Positions 26,301 through 35,115 of a stretch of 51,688 nt of DNA are shown one piece after another; within the stretch, counting starts at the first letter, position 1, and every line of letters starts with the position of its first letter. A model generated the notes under the pieces. The model did not search any database. It was not told the origin of the DNA and saw only the letters and a program-made list of their open reading frames with translations. This stretch comes from Candidatus Woesearchaeota archaeon (GTDB lineage: Archaea > Nanobdellota > Nanobdellia > Woesearchaeales > WAPY01). The position numbers and the translations under genes are program-made. The DNA is taken from contig JAWBOW010000002.1 of assembly GCA_038825775.1 (NCBI GenBank), positions 1-51,688 on the forward strand, in the 5' to 3' direction.

Positions 26301-26849
26301 TCATACAATTATAAAATGCCTAATGAGGTAAATGTTGAAACTCTTGGAAAGAGATTAAGAACGGAAAAACAATACGAAGGTTTTTCATTTACTCATCCAA
26401 CAACAAACATTAATTTGGGAACTTTATGCTCTTCGTATAAAACACTACCCACAATGGAGGAAAAAATAAAAGGACAAATGAAGATTGCAGAAATGTTAAG
26501 GGCTGTTGATTCTGGAAAGGTTGCTGAGCTTGTAATTGAAAAACATCTCTTAAAGGACTTGAGGGGAAACTTGAGAAAATTTTCAAGACAACAGTTTAGG
26601 TGTGTTAAATGTAATAAAAAGTTTAGAAGAATACCCTTTACTGGAAAGTGTGATTGTGGTGGGAGAATTATATTTACAATATCAGAGGGCTCAATAATTA
26701 AGTATTTAGAACCTGCTTTGAGCATAGCAGAAAAGTATGATGTTTCACCATACATTAAACAAAGTTTAGAACTTACTAAGAGTATGATAGAAAGCGTGTT
26801 CGGAAAGGAAAAGGACAAACAACAAAGTCTTGGAAGGTGGTTTGGATGA
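23325..26849 (+). CDS. polC: DNA polymerase II (PolD) large subunit DP2
   Basis: 1174 aa with GARMGRPEKA and Zn-finger clusters (CTNCNKK..CEVCNKK; CVKCNKKF..CDCGG). The C terminus has a PIP-like QQSLGRWF. No intein-sized insertion is present. Confidence 0.95.
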   Translation: MVEATKEMQNYFECLTKEVARVYDVAQKARSLGYDPERKVDIAIAKNMGERVEGLISSVAPQLLNSGVTKRILELEKKYGVLDWRVALVIAEEVAKQKFCKFNDLKEAMEVGIRTGFAYVTLGVVSAPLEGFVELNIKKRMDGKDYVAIKFASPVRGAGGTAAAFCVVIADYIRKIFGFESYDPTEKEINRFVTELFDYDERVTNLQYRPTKEEIQFLASNIPVEIDGDPTEKIEVSNYKDLERISTNRIRGGFCLVVSMVALKAPKLWKELKVWGSDFNLDWSFLEEFLKIQKIKKAAAEDTEILNLKITPDYTFIADLVGGRPVLSFPMASGGFRLRLGRSRTSGFSAVSLSPITMEVLENYIAVGTQLKLERPGKAAAISSCDSIEGPIVRLKDGTLLKLESISEAKKLKQDIEKIIYLGDILISYGDFLDRAHKLVPLGYCEEWYIKELESSVVEHFGSLDFEKTAYILEEDSEIIINLFKNPFKTKISSELAFKISKTFNVPLHPHYTYYWTQISKEDFIILIQSFERAKIENNKIVFPLEKKLKNVLEILGIPHKKIQNEFIVIEPNDGRALLETLGLNEKEFNSKIKDYVFEISKNSEFNILSFLKEKSGIKIMDKAGTFIGARMGRPEKAKMRVLVGSPNVLFPVGDQGGKMRSFQAALEEGFIEAEFPLYFCTNCNKKTIYPICEVCNKKTIRMFYCSVCGEISQPCKHNNLKTYSMQRIDIKHYFKKALERLDTEIYPDLIKGVRGTNNKDHVMENLCKGILRAKYGLCVNKDGTIRYDMTELPITHFKPIEIGTPVEKLRELGYEKDIYGRKLVSEEQILELKPQDIIIPKEKYTDEPADIILFKVSKFIDELLEKFYKLKPFYNLNSPQDLVGHLVIGLAPHTSAGIVCRIIGFSKIQAILAHPLCHAAMRRDCDGDETSIMLLMDGFLNFSRQFLPDKRGSRTMDSPLVLTEIIVPSEVDDMVYKMDVVESYPLELYYESYNYKMPNEVNVETLGKRLRTEKQYEGFSFTHPTTNINLGTLCSSYKTLPTMEEKIKGQMKIAEMLRAVDSGKVAELVIEKHLLKDLRGNLRKFSRQQFRCVKCNKKFRRIPFTGKCDCGGRIIFTISEGSIIKYLEPALSIAEKYDVSPYIKQSLELTKSMIESVFGKEKDKQQSLGRWFG

Positions 26850-27145
26850 ATTTTATAACAAAAATTCATAAAGCTCAAGGAAAGATCGTGCTTGCTGTTT
26901 GTGATGAAGAAATATTTGGAAAAAAATTTTGTGAGGGAAACAAGCAGATTGATTTAACTTCTGATTTTTACAATGGCAAAAAAACAGACGAACTTCACGT
27001 TTTAGAATTAATGAAATCAGCTAACTCAATAAATCTTGTTGGAAAGAACATAATAAAACTCGCAATTAAAAACAATTTTTTAAGTGAAGAAAATGTTTTG
27101 ATAATAGACAAAATTCCAATCGCAATTATTGTAAATGAGATTTAA
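26846..27145 (+). CDS. DUF424-like small protein
   Basis: The ATG at 26846 forms an ATGA overlap with the DP2 stop. The pattern VLAVCDEEIFGKKF...DLTSDFYNG...INLVGKN...IDKIP resembles archaeal DUF424. Confidence 0.6.
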   Translation: MNFITKIHKAQGKIVLAVCDEEIFGKKFCEGNKQIDLTSDFYNGKKTDELHVLELMKSANSINLVGKNIIKLAIKNNFLSEENVLIIDKIPIAIIVNEI

Positions 27146-27151
27146 ACGAAT

Positions 27152-27550
27152 TTATGGAACACTCTTCTTTGCTCCACAGACAGAACACTTTATAAATGTA
27201 AAGGAGCCTTCTTTAACCAAATCAGTGTCAGGTTTTTTGCATTCTGGACAAAAAACATAAATCTTTGCGTATTTATCTATTTTTTCATTTATTTGTGATG
27301 CAGAAATTTTTCTTCCCAAAATTAGTGAACTCTTAGTTAGTTCGCCAGGAGTTGCAAGTTCTTTAAGAAGAAATTTTAGAACATGCTCTGGTTTTCTCCT
27401 CAAAACAGAACATATGTCTTGAAAATTACTTATAACTGTTTTATTACCTTGGATGTGTCCCCTAACTTTTGGAATTTCAAATCTTTCTTCTGTTGTTTTT
27501 TTCTCAGGCAGTTTTGAATAAGCCCTTTCAAGCATTTCCTCATAATTCAT
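27152..27550 (-). CDS. eif2b: Translation initiation factor aIF2 beta subunit
   Basis: MNYEEMLERAYSKLPEK...RFEIPKV...GNKTVISNF, and a C-terminal C4 Zn ribbon (CPECKKPDT...CSVCGA). Confidence 0.9.
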   Translation of the reverse strand: MNYEEMLERAYSKLPEKKTTEERFEIPKVRGHIQGNKTVISNFQDICSVLRRKPEHVLKFLLKELATPGELTKSSLILGRKISASQINEKIDKYAKIYVFCPECKKPDTDLVKEGSFTFIKCSVCGAKKSVP

Positions 27551-27597
27551 GATTAGAAGGCACTATTAAGCATTATTTAAATCTTTTGAATAAAAAA

Positions 27598-28206
27598 TTA
27601 AAAATCAATACCTCTTATTGGACCAACAATTTTTGAATTATTGCTAAAATAGTGTTTTACACATTTTATTTCAGAAACAATGTCTGATATTTTAATAAAA
27701 TCCTGTGGAGAGTTTCTTCCTGTTAAAACAACATTTGTTTCTTTTGGAACGCTTCTTAAAAATTTTATTATTTTTCTCTTATTTAACAAACCAAAATAAA
27801 CAGCAGTGTTTATCTCATCAAGAATTAATAAGAAGGGTTTTTGTTTTAAACAATCAAAAGCTTTTTTTAAACCCTTTTCAGCGAGAATTTTATCCTTTGA
27901 TTTTATTTCTTTTATTTTTTTCAATTCTACATTTCCAATTTTTTTATTACTTATCTTGTTTTTACTTTTTGTTAAAAAATAGTTTGTACCAAAATTATAA
28001 ATCAATATTTTTTTCCCAAATCTTTTATCACTCTTATTAAGTTGTTTGATAAAATTATACTCTCCAGAATTTTTTGTTTTCATGAATTGTATTATAATTA
28101 TTTTTTTGTTATGTCCCAAAGCCCTAAAAGCAACTCCCAAAGCAGATGTTGTTTTTCCTTTTCCATCCCCTGTTATGTTTATTATCATAATTTTTTTTAA
28201 CCGCAC
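27598..28206 (-). CDS. cobA: ATP:cob(I)alamin adenosyltransferase (CobA/CobO/BtuR type)
   Basis: GDGKGKTTSALG (P-loop), IIIQFMK, LLILDEIN, VVLTGRN and EIKCVKH. The start is either 28206 (overlapping the nrdJ stop) or 28188. Confidence 0.8.
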   Translation of the reverse strand: MRLKKIMIINITGDGKGKTTSALGVAFRALGHNKKIIIIQFMKTKNSGEYNFIKQLNKSDKRFGKKILIYNFGTNYFLTKSKNKISNKKIGNVELKKIKEIKSKDKILAEKGLKKAFDCLKQKPFLLILDEINTAVYFGLLNKRKIIKFLRSVPKETNVVLTGRNSPQDFIKISDIVSEIKCVKHYFSNNSKIVGPIRGIDF

Positions 28207-30608
28207 TTGCTATAACCGCAGTTTAAACAAGTATAACAACCCTCGGCAAAATAAAGTTTTGAACCACAAACAGGACAACTTTCTTCTGATTCTTCAAAAA
28301 CAGAACTCAGCTCTTCTTTAATCAAACTTGGATCTATTCTTTCTGATTTGTTAGGAGTTGGTTGAGAAGTTCCCTTATAAATGACCTGAATACTTTTGCT
28401 TTGGTCCCTATAAATGGTTATTCCCTTACAACCAAGTTCATAAGCAAGCTTATAAGCCTTTTCAACATCCAAGATTGTTGCATCACTCCTTAAGTTTATT
28501 GTTTTGCTTACAGCATTATCCGTGTATTTTTGGAATGCAGCTTGCATCCTAACATGCCATTCTGGTTCAATATCGTGAGCTGTTACAAATAATTCTTTTA
28601 TTTTTTTTGGAATGTTCTTTACATTTTCAAGAGTGCCTGTTTCAACAACCCTTTTCATTAACTCTTCAGAATGAATCTCGTTTTTTATTAGAACCTCTTC
28701 AAATAGTCTGTTTACTTCTATAAGTTCTGTTCCCCCAAGAACTCCTTTTCTTACAAAAGCAAGAGCAAATAATGGTTCAATACCAGAACTCGTGTCTGCT
28801 ATTATGCTGAGAGTTCCTGTTGGGGCTATTGTTGTAACAGTAGCATTTCTAACCTTGATGTTCTTTTGATCCCAAACACTACCTTTAAAGTTTGGAAAAA
28901 CACCTTTATAATCTGCAAGTTCAACTGATTTTTCTCTAGCCTTTTCAGTTATGAATTTCATAACTTTCTCAGCAAGATTTAGGGCTTCTTCAGAATCATA
29001 CTTAATTTCAAGTTTTATAAGCATCTCAGCCCAACCCATAACTCCCAAACCAATCTTTCTGTTTGCTCTTGTTAACCTCTCAATTTGTGGGATGACATAC
29101 TTATTAGCGTCAATCACATTATCCAAAAAATGAACTGCTGTTTTAACTGTTTTTTCTAACAGCTCCCAATTAACTTCTTTATTTTCACTAACCATCAATG
29201 AGAGGTTTATAGAACCTAAATTACAACTCTCATAATTTAATAATGGTTGTTCACCGCAAGGGTTGGTGGCTTCTATTAATCCAACGTGTGGTGTTGGGTT
29301 AAACTTGTTTATTGTGTCAATAAAAATTACTCCGGGATCTCCTGTTTTCCAAGCTTGATAAACTAATAAATCCCAAACCTTTTGTGCAGAAATCCTAGCC
29401 ACAACTTCGTTGTTTCTCGGGTTTATCAGTTCATATTCTTTTTTTTCTTTTAAAGCTTTCATGAATTCGTCTGTTATTGCAACAGAAATGTTAAAATTGC
29501 TTAAAATCTTGTTTTCAGAGTCCTTTGATGTTATGAATTCCAAAATATCTGGGTGGTGGACGCTTAAAACACCCATGTTAGCTCCCCTTCTCTTCCCACC
29601 CTGTTTTATAACTTCTGTTGTGACGTCAAAGACCCTCATGAAAGATAATGGTCCTGAAGCAACTCCTTTTGTTGAGCTTACAATATCCCCTTTTGGTCTT
29701 AACTTTGAAAAAGAAAACCCTGTTCCACCGCCTGTTTGGTGAATTATTGCAGTGTTCTTTACAGCTTCAAATATTTCTGGAATTGAATCACCAACACCCA
29801 AAACAAAACAAGCAGACAATTGGCCTAGTCTTGTTGAACTGTTCATTAGAGTTGGAGAGTTTGGGAGAAAATAAAGTTTTGACATAATTTCATAAAACTC
29901 GTCCTCTAATTTTTTTATCTCTGAAAGATTTTCTTTTAAACTTAAAATAATCTCTTTAAAATCAACTCTCATCCTTCCTTCTCTGTTTAAATTATTGTAA
30001 GCTCTCTTTAACATTTCATAATCATAAACATTATAACCTAATGCTTGCATGTATGATAAAAGTTCTTTTTCTTCATTAGAATTTATTTCTTTTATACTCT
30101 GTTTTCTTTCCTTATCATAGAATTTTTTGTTATACAAAATTTCTACAAGAGCAATATATTTTGCACTTCTTCTGAATAATTCGCTTGTGGATTCTACAAC
30201 CTTTCCATCAACATCTTTAAGCAAGTATCTTGATTCTAAGACCTTTATTGCATTTATAGAAAGTTTTAATTCGTCTCTAACTCCTAAAGTTTCTTTAAAC
30301 TCTCTTATCTTTTGTCTTTTGTTTCTATAAAGAATGTAGTCCTTTGCAATTTTTGAATAATTCTTTTCAATAAGAACTGCTTCAACAATATCTTGGATTT
30401 CTTCAACAGTCGGTATTTTCTTGCCATCGAATTTTTCATTTAATTTTTTAACAACTTCTTCTCCAACTTCTATTGCAATGTTTTTGTCATCATAACCAAC
30501 ACTCTTAGCTGCTTTCCAAACAGCATTTATTATCTTGTTCTTATCAAAATCAACAATTCTACCATCTCTTTTTTGAACTTTTTTGACAACCTTTTCTTCT
30601 TGGTTCAT
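28197..30608 (-). CDS. nrdJ: Adenosylcobalamin-dependent (class II) ribonucleotide reductase
   Basis: It has an N-terminal ATP-cone ([16 protein letters not shown]), the active site [22 protein letters not shown], and a C-terminal Cys cluster (CPVCGS...[13 protein letters not shown]). No intein is present. Confidence 0.9.
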   Translation of the reverse strand: MNQEEKVVKKVQKRDGRIVDFDKNKIINAVWKAAKSVGYDDKNIAIEVGEEVVKKLNEKFDGKKIPTVEEIQDIVEAVLIEKNYSKIAKDYILYRNKRQKIREFKETLGVRDELKLSINAIKVLESRYLLKDVDGKVVESTSELFRRSAKYIALVEILYNKKFYDKERKQSIKEINSNEEKELLSYMQALGYNVYDYEMLKRAYNNLNREGRMRVDFKEIILSLKENLSEIKKLEDEFYEIMSKLYFLPNSPTLMNSSTRLGQLSACFVLGVGDSIPEIFEAVKNTAIIHQTGGGTGFSFSKLRPKGDIVSSTKGVASGPLSFMRVFDVTTEVIKQGGKRRGANMGVLSVHHPDILEFITSKDSENKILSNFNISVAITDEFMKALKEKKEYELINPRNNEVVARISAQKVWDLLVYQAWKTGDPGVIFIDTINKFNPTPHVGLIEATNPCGEQPLLNYESCNLGSINLSLMVSENKEVNWELLEKTVKTAVHFLDNVIDANKYVIPQIERLTRANRKIGLGVMGWAEMLIKLEIKYDSEEALNLAEKVMKFITEKAREKSVELADYKGVFPNFKGSVWDQKNIKVRNATVTTIAPTGTLSIIADTSSGIEPLFALAFVRKGVLGGTELIEVNRLFEEVLIKNEIHSEELMKRVVETGTLENVKNIPKKIKELFVTAHDIEPEWHVRMQAAFQKYTDNAVSKTINLRSDATILDVEKAYKLAYELGCKGITIYRDQSKSIQVIYKGTSQPTPNKSERIDPSLIKEELSSVFEESEESCPVCGSKLYFAEGCYTCLNCGYSKCG

Positions 30609-30823
30609 AAAACACCTCTTAAAACTATAAAAAATTTTTATTCTAAAAAATTATAAAAACCCCAAGCACAATTTTTTTTAATTTAAAACCCATATTTAAA
30701 TATTGTTTTTGTTAAAAATATTTATTAAAAATATTAGTAAGAAAAATAACTATAAGAATTTTTAATTAGTAACTTTAAAAAAGTTAAAATAAAAATTCAA
30801 AATTAAAATTAAAGTTTTAAAAT

Positions 30824-31918
30824 TTATTTTTCAACATTAAATCTGAGAATAGCAGCAACTCCTCCTAAATCCTTAAGTTGAACTCCTTCACTTGTTTCTG
30901 TTGATATTATCCTAAAATTAGTTGAAAACTTCTTAGCTTCTTCTTCAAGTTCTTCAATTAGTTTTTCATCACAACTTTCTGAAACAAGAAGGGTGTCAAC
31001 AAATCCTTGTTGTAAATAATTCTTTACATAATCTAAACCATAAGCAACACTACCAGGTTCTTTTGCAAGCTTGTTAAAGAATAATTCCATTATTTTTTTC
31101 TCTTCAAAAATTTCTTCTCCTTCTAAAATATCTTGAGACCTGTTAACCAATTCTTGAAGTCCAAACTCATCAGTATAGGTTATGTCCTTTACCGCAATTA
31201 TTTTCTTTTTAATCTCATTTGTAATGTAGTTTCCTTCAACAAACTCTTGTTTTGTCGGACCAGGACCTCCTACAATAATACCTTTTAAATCCCTTTTTAA
31301 GAATTGTTCCTTAACATACTCGCCAACTTTATTATAAAATTCTTTAGCAGCACCCTCTCTTAATCTTGCAAATCTTTGGGCTGATTGTCCTCCTGCCTTG
31401 AATTTTCCAGGAACAGCAGAGTGTGTTTTAACAAGTGGAATTATTTGTTTTCCATTGAGCAATGCAATAGTTGCTTCTCTCCTGTCAATGACTATTAGTC
31501 CATAAACGTTTTTTTCTGAGAGCATTTCTTTTAATGGCTCAAGAACAAACTCTTTATCACACCTATAAATTCTAATTTTTATTGGTAGGGGAGGTTCAAT
31601 ACTCCAAACCCTCAAATCTGTTTTTCCTTCTGCGCTTGCAACATTTCCTGAAAAAACAGCCAAGCCATGAGGTGGTGTTCTTTTGTATAATCTTAAATGT
31701 TGAAGCATTCTTTCAAGAGCGTCAATAACATTCTTTCTTGTTGTAGATGACTTAATATTTGTAGCAGTGCTTTGTTCTTGTAGTAAATGTTGTATTATTT
31801 TATTTAGATCATAGTCTTCAGGAATATAAACAGAAACAAGTTCTGTGTGTCTTGCTTTGTATTGGGAAAGTTCTTTTATGAATTTTTTAAGCTTATAACG
31901 TTGTTCTTCACTAATCAT
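30824..31918 (-). CDS. prf1: Peptide chain release factor aRF1
   Basis: It has the NIKS motif (TATNIKSS) and GGQ (KAGGQSAQRF). I prefer the ATG at 31918. A TTTTATATAA TATA box lies about 27 nt upstream, which suggests a leaderless mRNA. Confidence 0.95.
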   Translation of the reverse strand: MISEEQRYKLKKFIKELSQYKARHTELVSVYIPEDYDLNKIIQHLLQEQSTATNIKSSTTRKNVIDALERMLQHLRLYKRTPPHGLAVFSGNVASAEGKTDLRVWSIEPPLPIKIRIYRCDKEFVLEPLKEMLSEKNVYGLIVIDRREATIALLNGKQIIPLVKTHSAVPGKFKAGGQSAQRFARLREGAAKEFYNKVGEYVKEQFLKRDLKGIIVGGPGPTKQEFVEGNYITNEIKKKIIAVKDITYTDEFGLQELVNRSQDILEGEEIFEEKKIMELFFNKLAKEPGSVAYGLDYVKNYLQQGFVDTLLVSESCDEKLIEELEEEAKKFSTNFRIISTETSEGVQLKDLGGVAAILRFNVEK

Positions 31919-32308
31919 TATAAAAAGGTGTTTTTGCAAATTATATAAAATTAACGATTAAAAATAATCAAAACCAATATAAAAATAGAAAATATATTTT
32001 ATAAAGAGTATTTTTTGTAAATTATTTTTAAGTAGTCATTTTTTTGTTTGTTTTAAAACAAAATTTCCAAAGGAAACAAGGGGGTCGTTTTTTTTATTTA
32101 ATCTTAAAAACAAAATTTTTTGAATTTTTAAACCAAGAAAATCAAAAATTCTAATGGAAAAATAAGGGGCATACTATTTTTAAATGTTATTTTTTAAAGA
32201 TTTTATTTTTATACAAAAGTATTTATAAATTAGTTCTCACAACTATTTAAAAAGGGTTTAAAAATAAAAAGTTTAAAAATATAAAAGGCAAGAAGAGAAA
32301 AATGGAGG

Positions 32309-32893
32309 ATGGTAATAATGGCAAAAAAAGAGAAGAAAGAAAACAAAGAGAATAAAAGAGAAATACACGTTGTAAACATCGTAGTGAGCAGTTCTTTAAA
32401 ACATGAGATACCATTAGAAAAGATGGCAGCAACACTCAGCAACACAGAATACAATCCAGAACAATTTCCAGGATTAGTAATAAGGATAAAAGAACCAAAA
32501 ACATCAGCTCTGATTTTTAGTTCAGGAAACATTGTCTGCACAGGAGCAAGAAGCATGAGAAAGGTTAAGGAAGCAATAAAGAAAATAATAAGCAGTTTGG
32601 AAAAGATAAACATAAAGATTGATATAGAACCAGAAATCAGGATTCAAAACATTGTCGCTTCTGGCCAAATAGGAATGGACTTAAACCTTAATGAACTTGC
32701 AATAAAACTCAGAAACACAGAATATGAGCCAGAACAATTTCCTGGATTAGTTTATAAACTACCTCAAGCAAACGCAACATTTTTGCTTTTCAGCAATGGA
32801 AAGATAGTTTGCACAGGAACAAAGAGCGAGGAAGAAGTGAATAGTGCACTAGACATGCTCATAAGCAACCTTAAAAAGGTTTTAAAGAAATAA
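32309..32893 (+). CDS. tbp: TATA-box binding protein
   Basis: Two direct TBP repeats are present (EYNPEQFPGLVIRIKEPKTSALIFSSGNIVCTGA and EYEPEQFPGLVYKLPQANATFLLFSNGKIVCTGT). It has a K/E-rich N-terminal extension. The alternative ATG at 32318 is equally plausible. Confidence 0.95.
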   Translation: MVIMAKKEKKENKENKREIHVVNIVVSSSLKHEIPLEKMAATLSNTEYNPEQFPGLVIRIKEPKTSALIFSSGNIVCTGARSMRKVKEAIKKIISSLEKINIKIDIEPEIRIQNIVASGQIGMDLNLNELAIKLRNTEYEPEQFPGLVYKLPQANATFLLFSNGKIVCTGTKSEEEVNSALDMLISNLKKVLKK

Positions 32894-33045
32894 AATATTA
32901 TTGGAACTTTAAGGATTTTTGTATTTTTTGCACTTTTTATTTTTTTGTTTTTTAAATCAACAAATTATTTTTACAACTCAAATAAAAAAAGATTCAATAA
33001 TAAAAACAACACAATAAAAATCCTACAAAAATAAAAAAGTTGAAA

Positions 33046-35070
33046 ATGGAAGTAAATGAGCAAATAAACACTTTCTTGGAATTCTTTGAAAAACACTATG
33101 AAGTCGAACTACTAACTGCCCTAAGCACTAACAAGAATTTTATTTTTATTGATTTTGTAAAGTTAAGCATTTTTAGTCCAGAATTAGCAGAATTACTAAT
33201 AGAACAACCAGAAGAAACCTTAAAAGCAGCAGAACTAGCTATTAAAAAATTCAGCAATGAAGAAATAAAACACTTCAATATTAGAATCACAAACCTTCCA
33301 AAAGAAAGAGAGAAAAAAATAAGAGAGATCAGAACTGAAGACATTGGAAAACTAATTTTTGTAGAAGGGATTGTAAAACAAAAATCAGATGTTAGGCCTC
33401 AAGTTATAAGTGCAAGGTTTGAGTGTCCTTCTTGTGGCAACATAATCTCTGTATTACAAACATCACAAACATTCTCAGAACCATCAAGTTGTAGTTGTGG
33501 AAGAAAAGGAAAGTTTAAGTTATTAAGCAAGGAAATGATTGACGCACAAGGAATTGTATTAGAAGAAATCCCAGAATTGCTTGAAGGAGGAGAACAACCA
33601 AAGAGAATAAATGTTTTCTTACAAGAAGACCTTGTAAGCCCAATCTCTGAGAGAAAAACAAACCCTGGAAGCAAAATAAGAGTTATTGGTTGGATAAAAG
33701 AAAAACCAATAACAACAAAAACAGGAAGCAAACTAACAAGATTTGACTTAATGATAGAAGCAAACAATGTTGAATCAATAGAAGAAACATTTTATGAAGT
33801 AAAAATTTCAAAAGAAGAAGAAGAAAAAATAAAAGAACTAGCACAAGACCCAAAAATATACAAGAAATTAGTTGATTCTGTTGCACCTTCAATATTTGGT
33901 TATGACAAAATAAAAGAAGCACTAGTTCTACAATTATTTGGCGGCGTGAGAAAAAAGAGAAGTGATGGAGTTCTAAGCAGGGGAGATATTCACATACTCT
34001 TAGTAGGAGACCCTGGAGCTGGAAAGAGCCAACTACTAAAAAGAATCTCACTAATAGCTCCAAAAGGAAGATACGTGTCTGGAAAAGGTGTTAGTGGGGC
34101 AGGACTAACAGCAACAGTTGTTAGAGACGACTTCTTAGGAGGTTGGAGTTTAGAAGCAGGAGCTCTTGTTTTAAGCAACGACGGTATTTGTTGCATAGAC
34201 GAGCTTGATAAGATGAGTAATGAAGACAGAATAGCAATGCACGAGGCACTTGAACAACAAACAATATCAATAGCAAAAGCAAACATACAAGCAACTTTGT
34301 TGGCAAGAACAACTGTTTTAGCAGCAGCAAACCCAAAGTTTGGCAGGTTTAACCGTTCAGAAACCCTAGCAAAACAAATAGATTTACCACCAACACTAAT
34401 AAACAGGTTTGACTTAATATTTCCCATACAGGATATTCCGGATGAAAAGAGAGATGAAAGCATGGCAAGACACATTCTACAATTACACCAAAACCCAGAA
34501 ATGCAAGAACCAGAAATACCAACAGAATTGTTAAAAAAATACATTGCATATGCAAGACAAAAAGTTAATCCAAAATTAACTGATGCAGCAATAGAAGAAA
34601 TAAAAGATTATTATGTAAAAATGCGTTCGTCAGAAAAAGGAGAAGGAGAAGAGTCAAAAGTCCCAATTATTTCCTCATCAGCAAGACAGTTAGAAGCCCT
34701 TGTTAGATTAGCAGAAGCATCAGCAAGAGTAAGGTTATCAGATAAGGTTAGTAAAAAAGACGCTAGGAGAGCAATAGAATTATTAACATTTTGCCTATCA
34801 CAAGTTGCAGCTGACGAGGGAGGAAGAATTGATATTGATAGAATCACAACAGGAATAACAGCATCTCAAAGGAGCAAAATAATAATATTCAAAGAAATTT
34901 TAGAAAATCTTGAAAAGAGCTTAAAATCAGAAAAAATACCTAAGGAAAAGATAATTAATAAATGCCAAGAAGAAGGTATATTGGCAGATGAAGTTGAAGA
35001 GATTATAGAAAAATTAAGGAGAAGTGGGGATATATTTGAACCAGAAAGAGGTTTTATTCAAAGAATTTAA
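33046..35070 (+). CDS. mcm: MCM replicative helicase
   Basis: It has the Zn finger CPSCGN...CSCG, Walker A GDPGAGKSQ, Walker B CCIDELDKM, the arginine finger SRFDL-type region NRFDLIF, and a C-terminal winged helix. No intein is present. Confidence 0.95.
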   Translation: MEVNEQINTFLEFFEKHYEVELLTALSTNKNFIFIDFVKLSIFSPELAELLIEQPEETLKAAELAIKKFSNEEIKHFNIRITNLPKEREKKIREIRTEDIGKLIFVEGIVKQKSDVRPQVISARFECPSCGNIISVLQTSQTFSEPSSCSCGRKGKFKLLSKEMIDAQGIVLEEIPELLEGGEQPKRINVFLQEDLVSPISERKTNPGSKIRVIGWIKEKPITTKTGSKLTRFDLMIEANNVESIEETFYEVKISKEEEEKIKELAQDPKIYKKLVDSVAPSIFGYDKIKEALVLQLFGGVRKKRSDGVLSRGDIHILLVGDPGAGKSQLLKRISLIAPKGRYVSGKGVSGAGLTATVVRDDFLGGWSLEAGALVLSNDGICCIDELDKMSNEDRIAMHEALEQQTISIAKANIQATLLARTTVLAAANPKFGRFNRSETLAKQIDLPPTLINRFDLIFPIQDIPDEKRDESMARHILQLHQNPEMQEPEIPTELLKKYIAYARQKVNPKLTDAAIEEIKDYYVKMRSSEKGEGEESKVPIISSSARQLEALVRLAEASARVRLSDKVSKKDARRAIELLTFCLSQVAADEGGRIDIDRITTGITASQRSKIIIFKEILENLEKSLKSEKIPKEKIINKCQEEGILADEVEEIIEKLRRSGDIFEPERGFIQRI

Positions 35071-35115
35071 TTAAAAAATTTTAATCATTAATTTTTTGTT
35101 TAGTTTGGGGGTAAA

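Noticed and set aside
30609-30823. A possible cobalamin riboswitch or other leader upstream of nrdJ.
   Set aside because: The region is almost pure A/T, with no conserved B12-box-like or paired G+C segments. It is more simply a promoter plus the terminator of the convergent or adjacent gene.
32230-32613. A 127-aa minus-strand ORF overlapping the tbp start.
   Set aside because: It is antisense to the unambiguous TBP gene, and it is hydrophobic with low complexity.
33096-34847. A series of minus-strand ORFs (82-184 aa) inside mcm, with similar antisense ORFs inside srp54 (179-682), nrdJ (28951-30330), polC (23323-24232, 26393-26878), secD/secF and others.
   Set aside because: They are shadow ORFs opposite strongly supported genes. 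Their products are low-complexity, Leu/Phe/Ser-rich and motif-free, which is expected in AT-rich DNA with few antisense stop codons.
21715-35070. Possible inteins in PolD DP2, MCM, the class II RNR or Orc1, which are common intein hosts in archaea.
   Set aside because: Protein lengths are canonical. The conserved motifs are contiguous (for example GDPGAGKSQ...CIDELDKM and NPCGEQPL). No Cys/Ser...HN-Cys/Ser/Thr junction blocks were seen.
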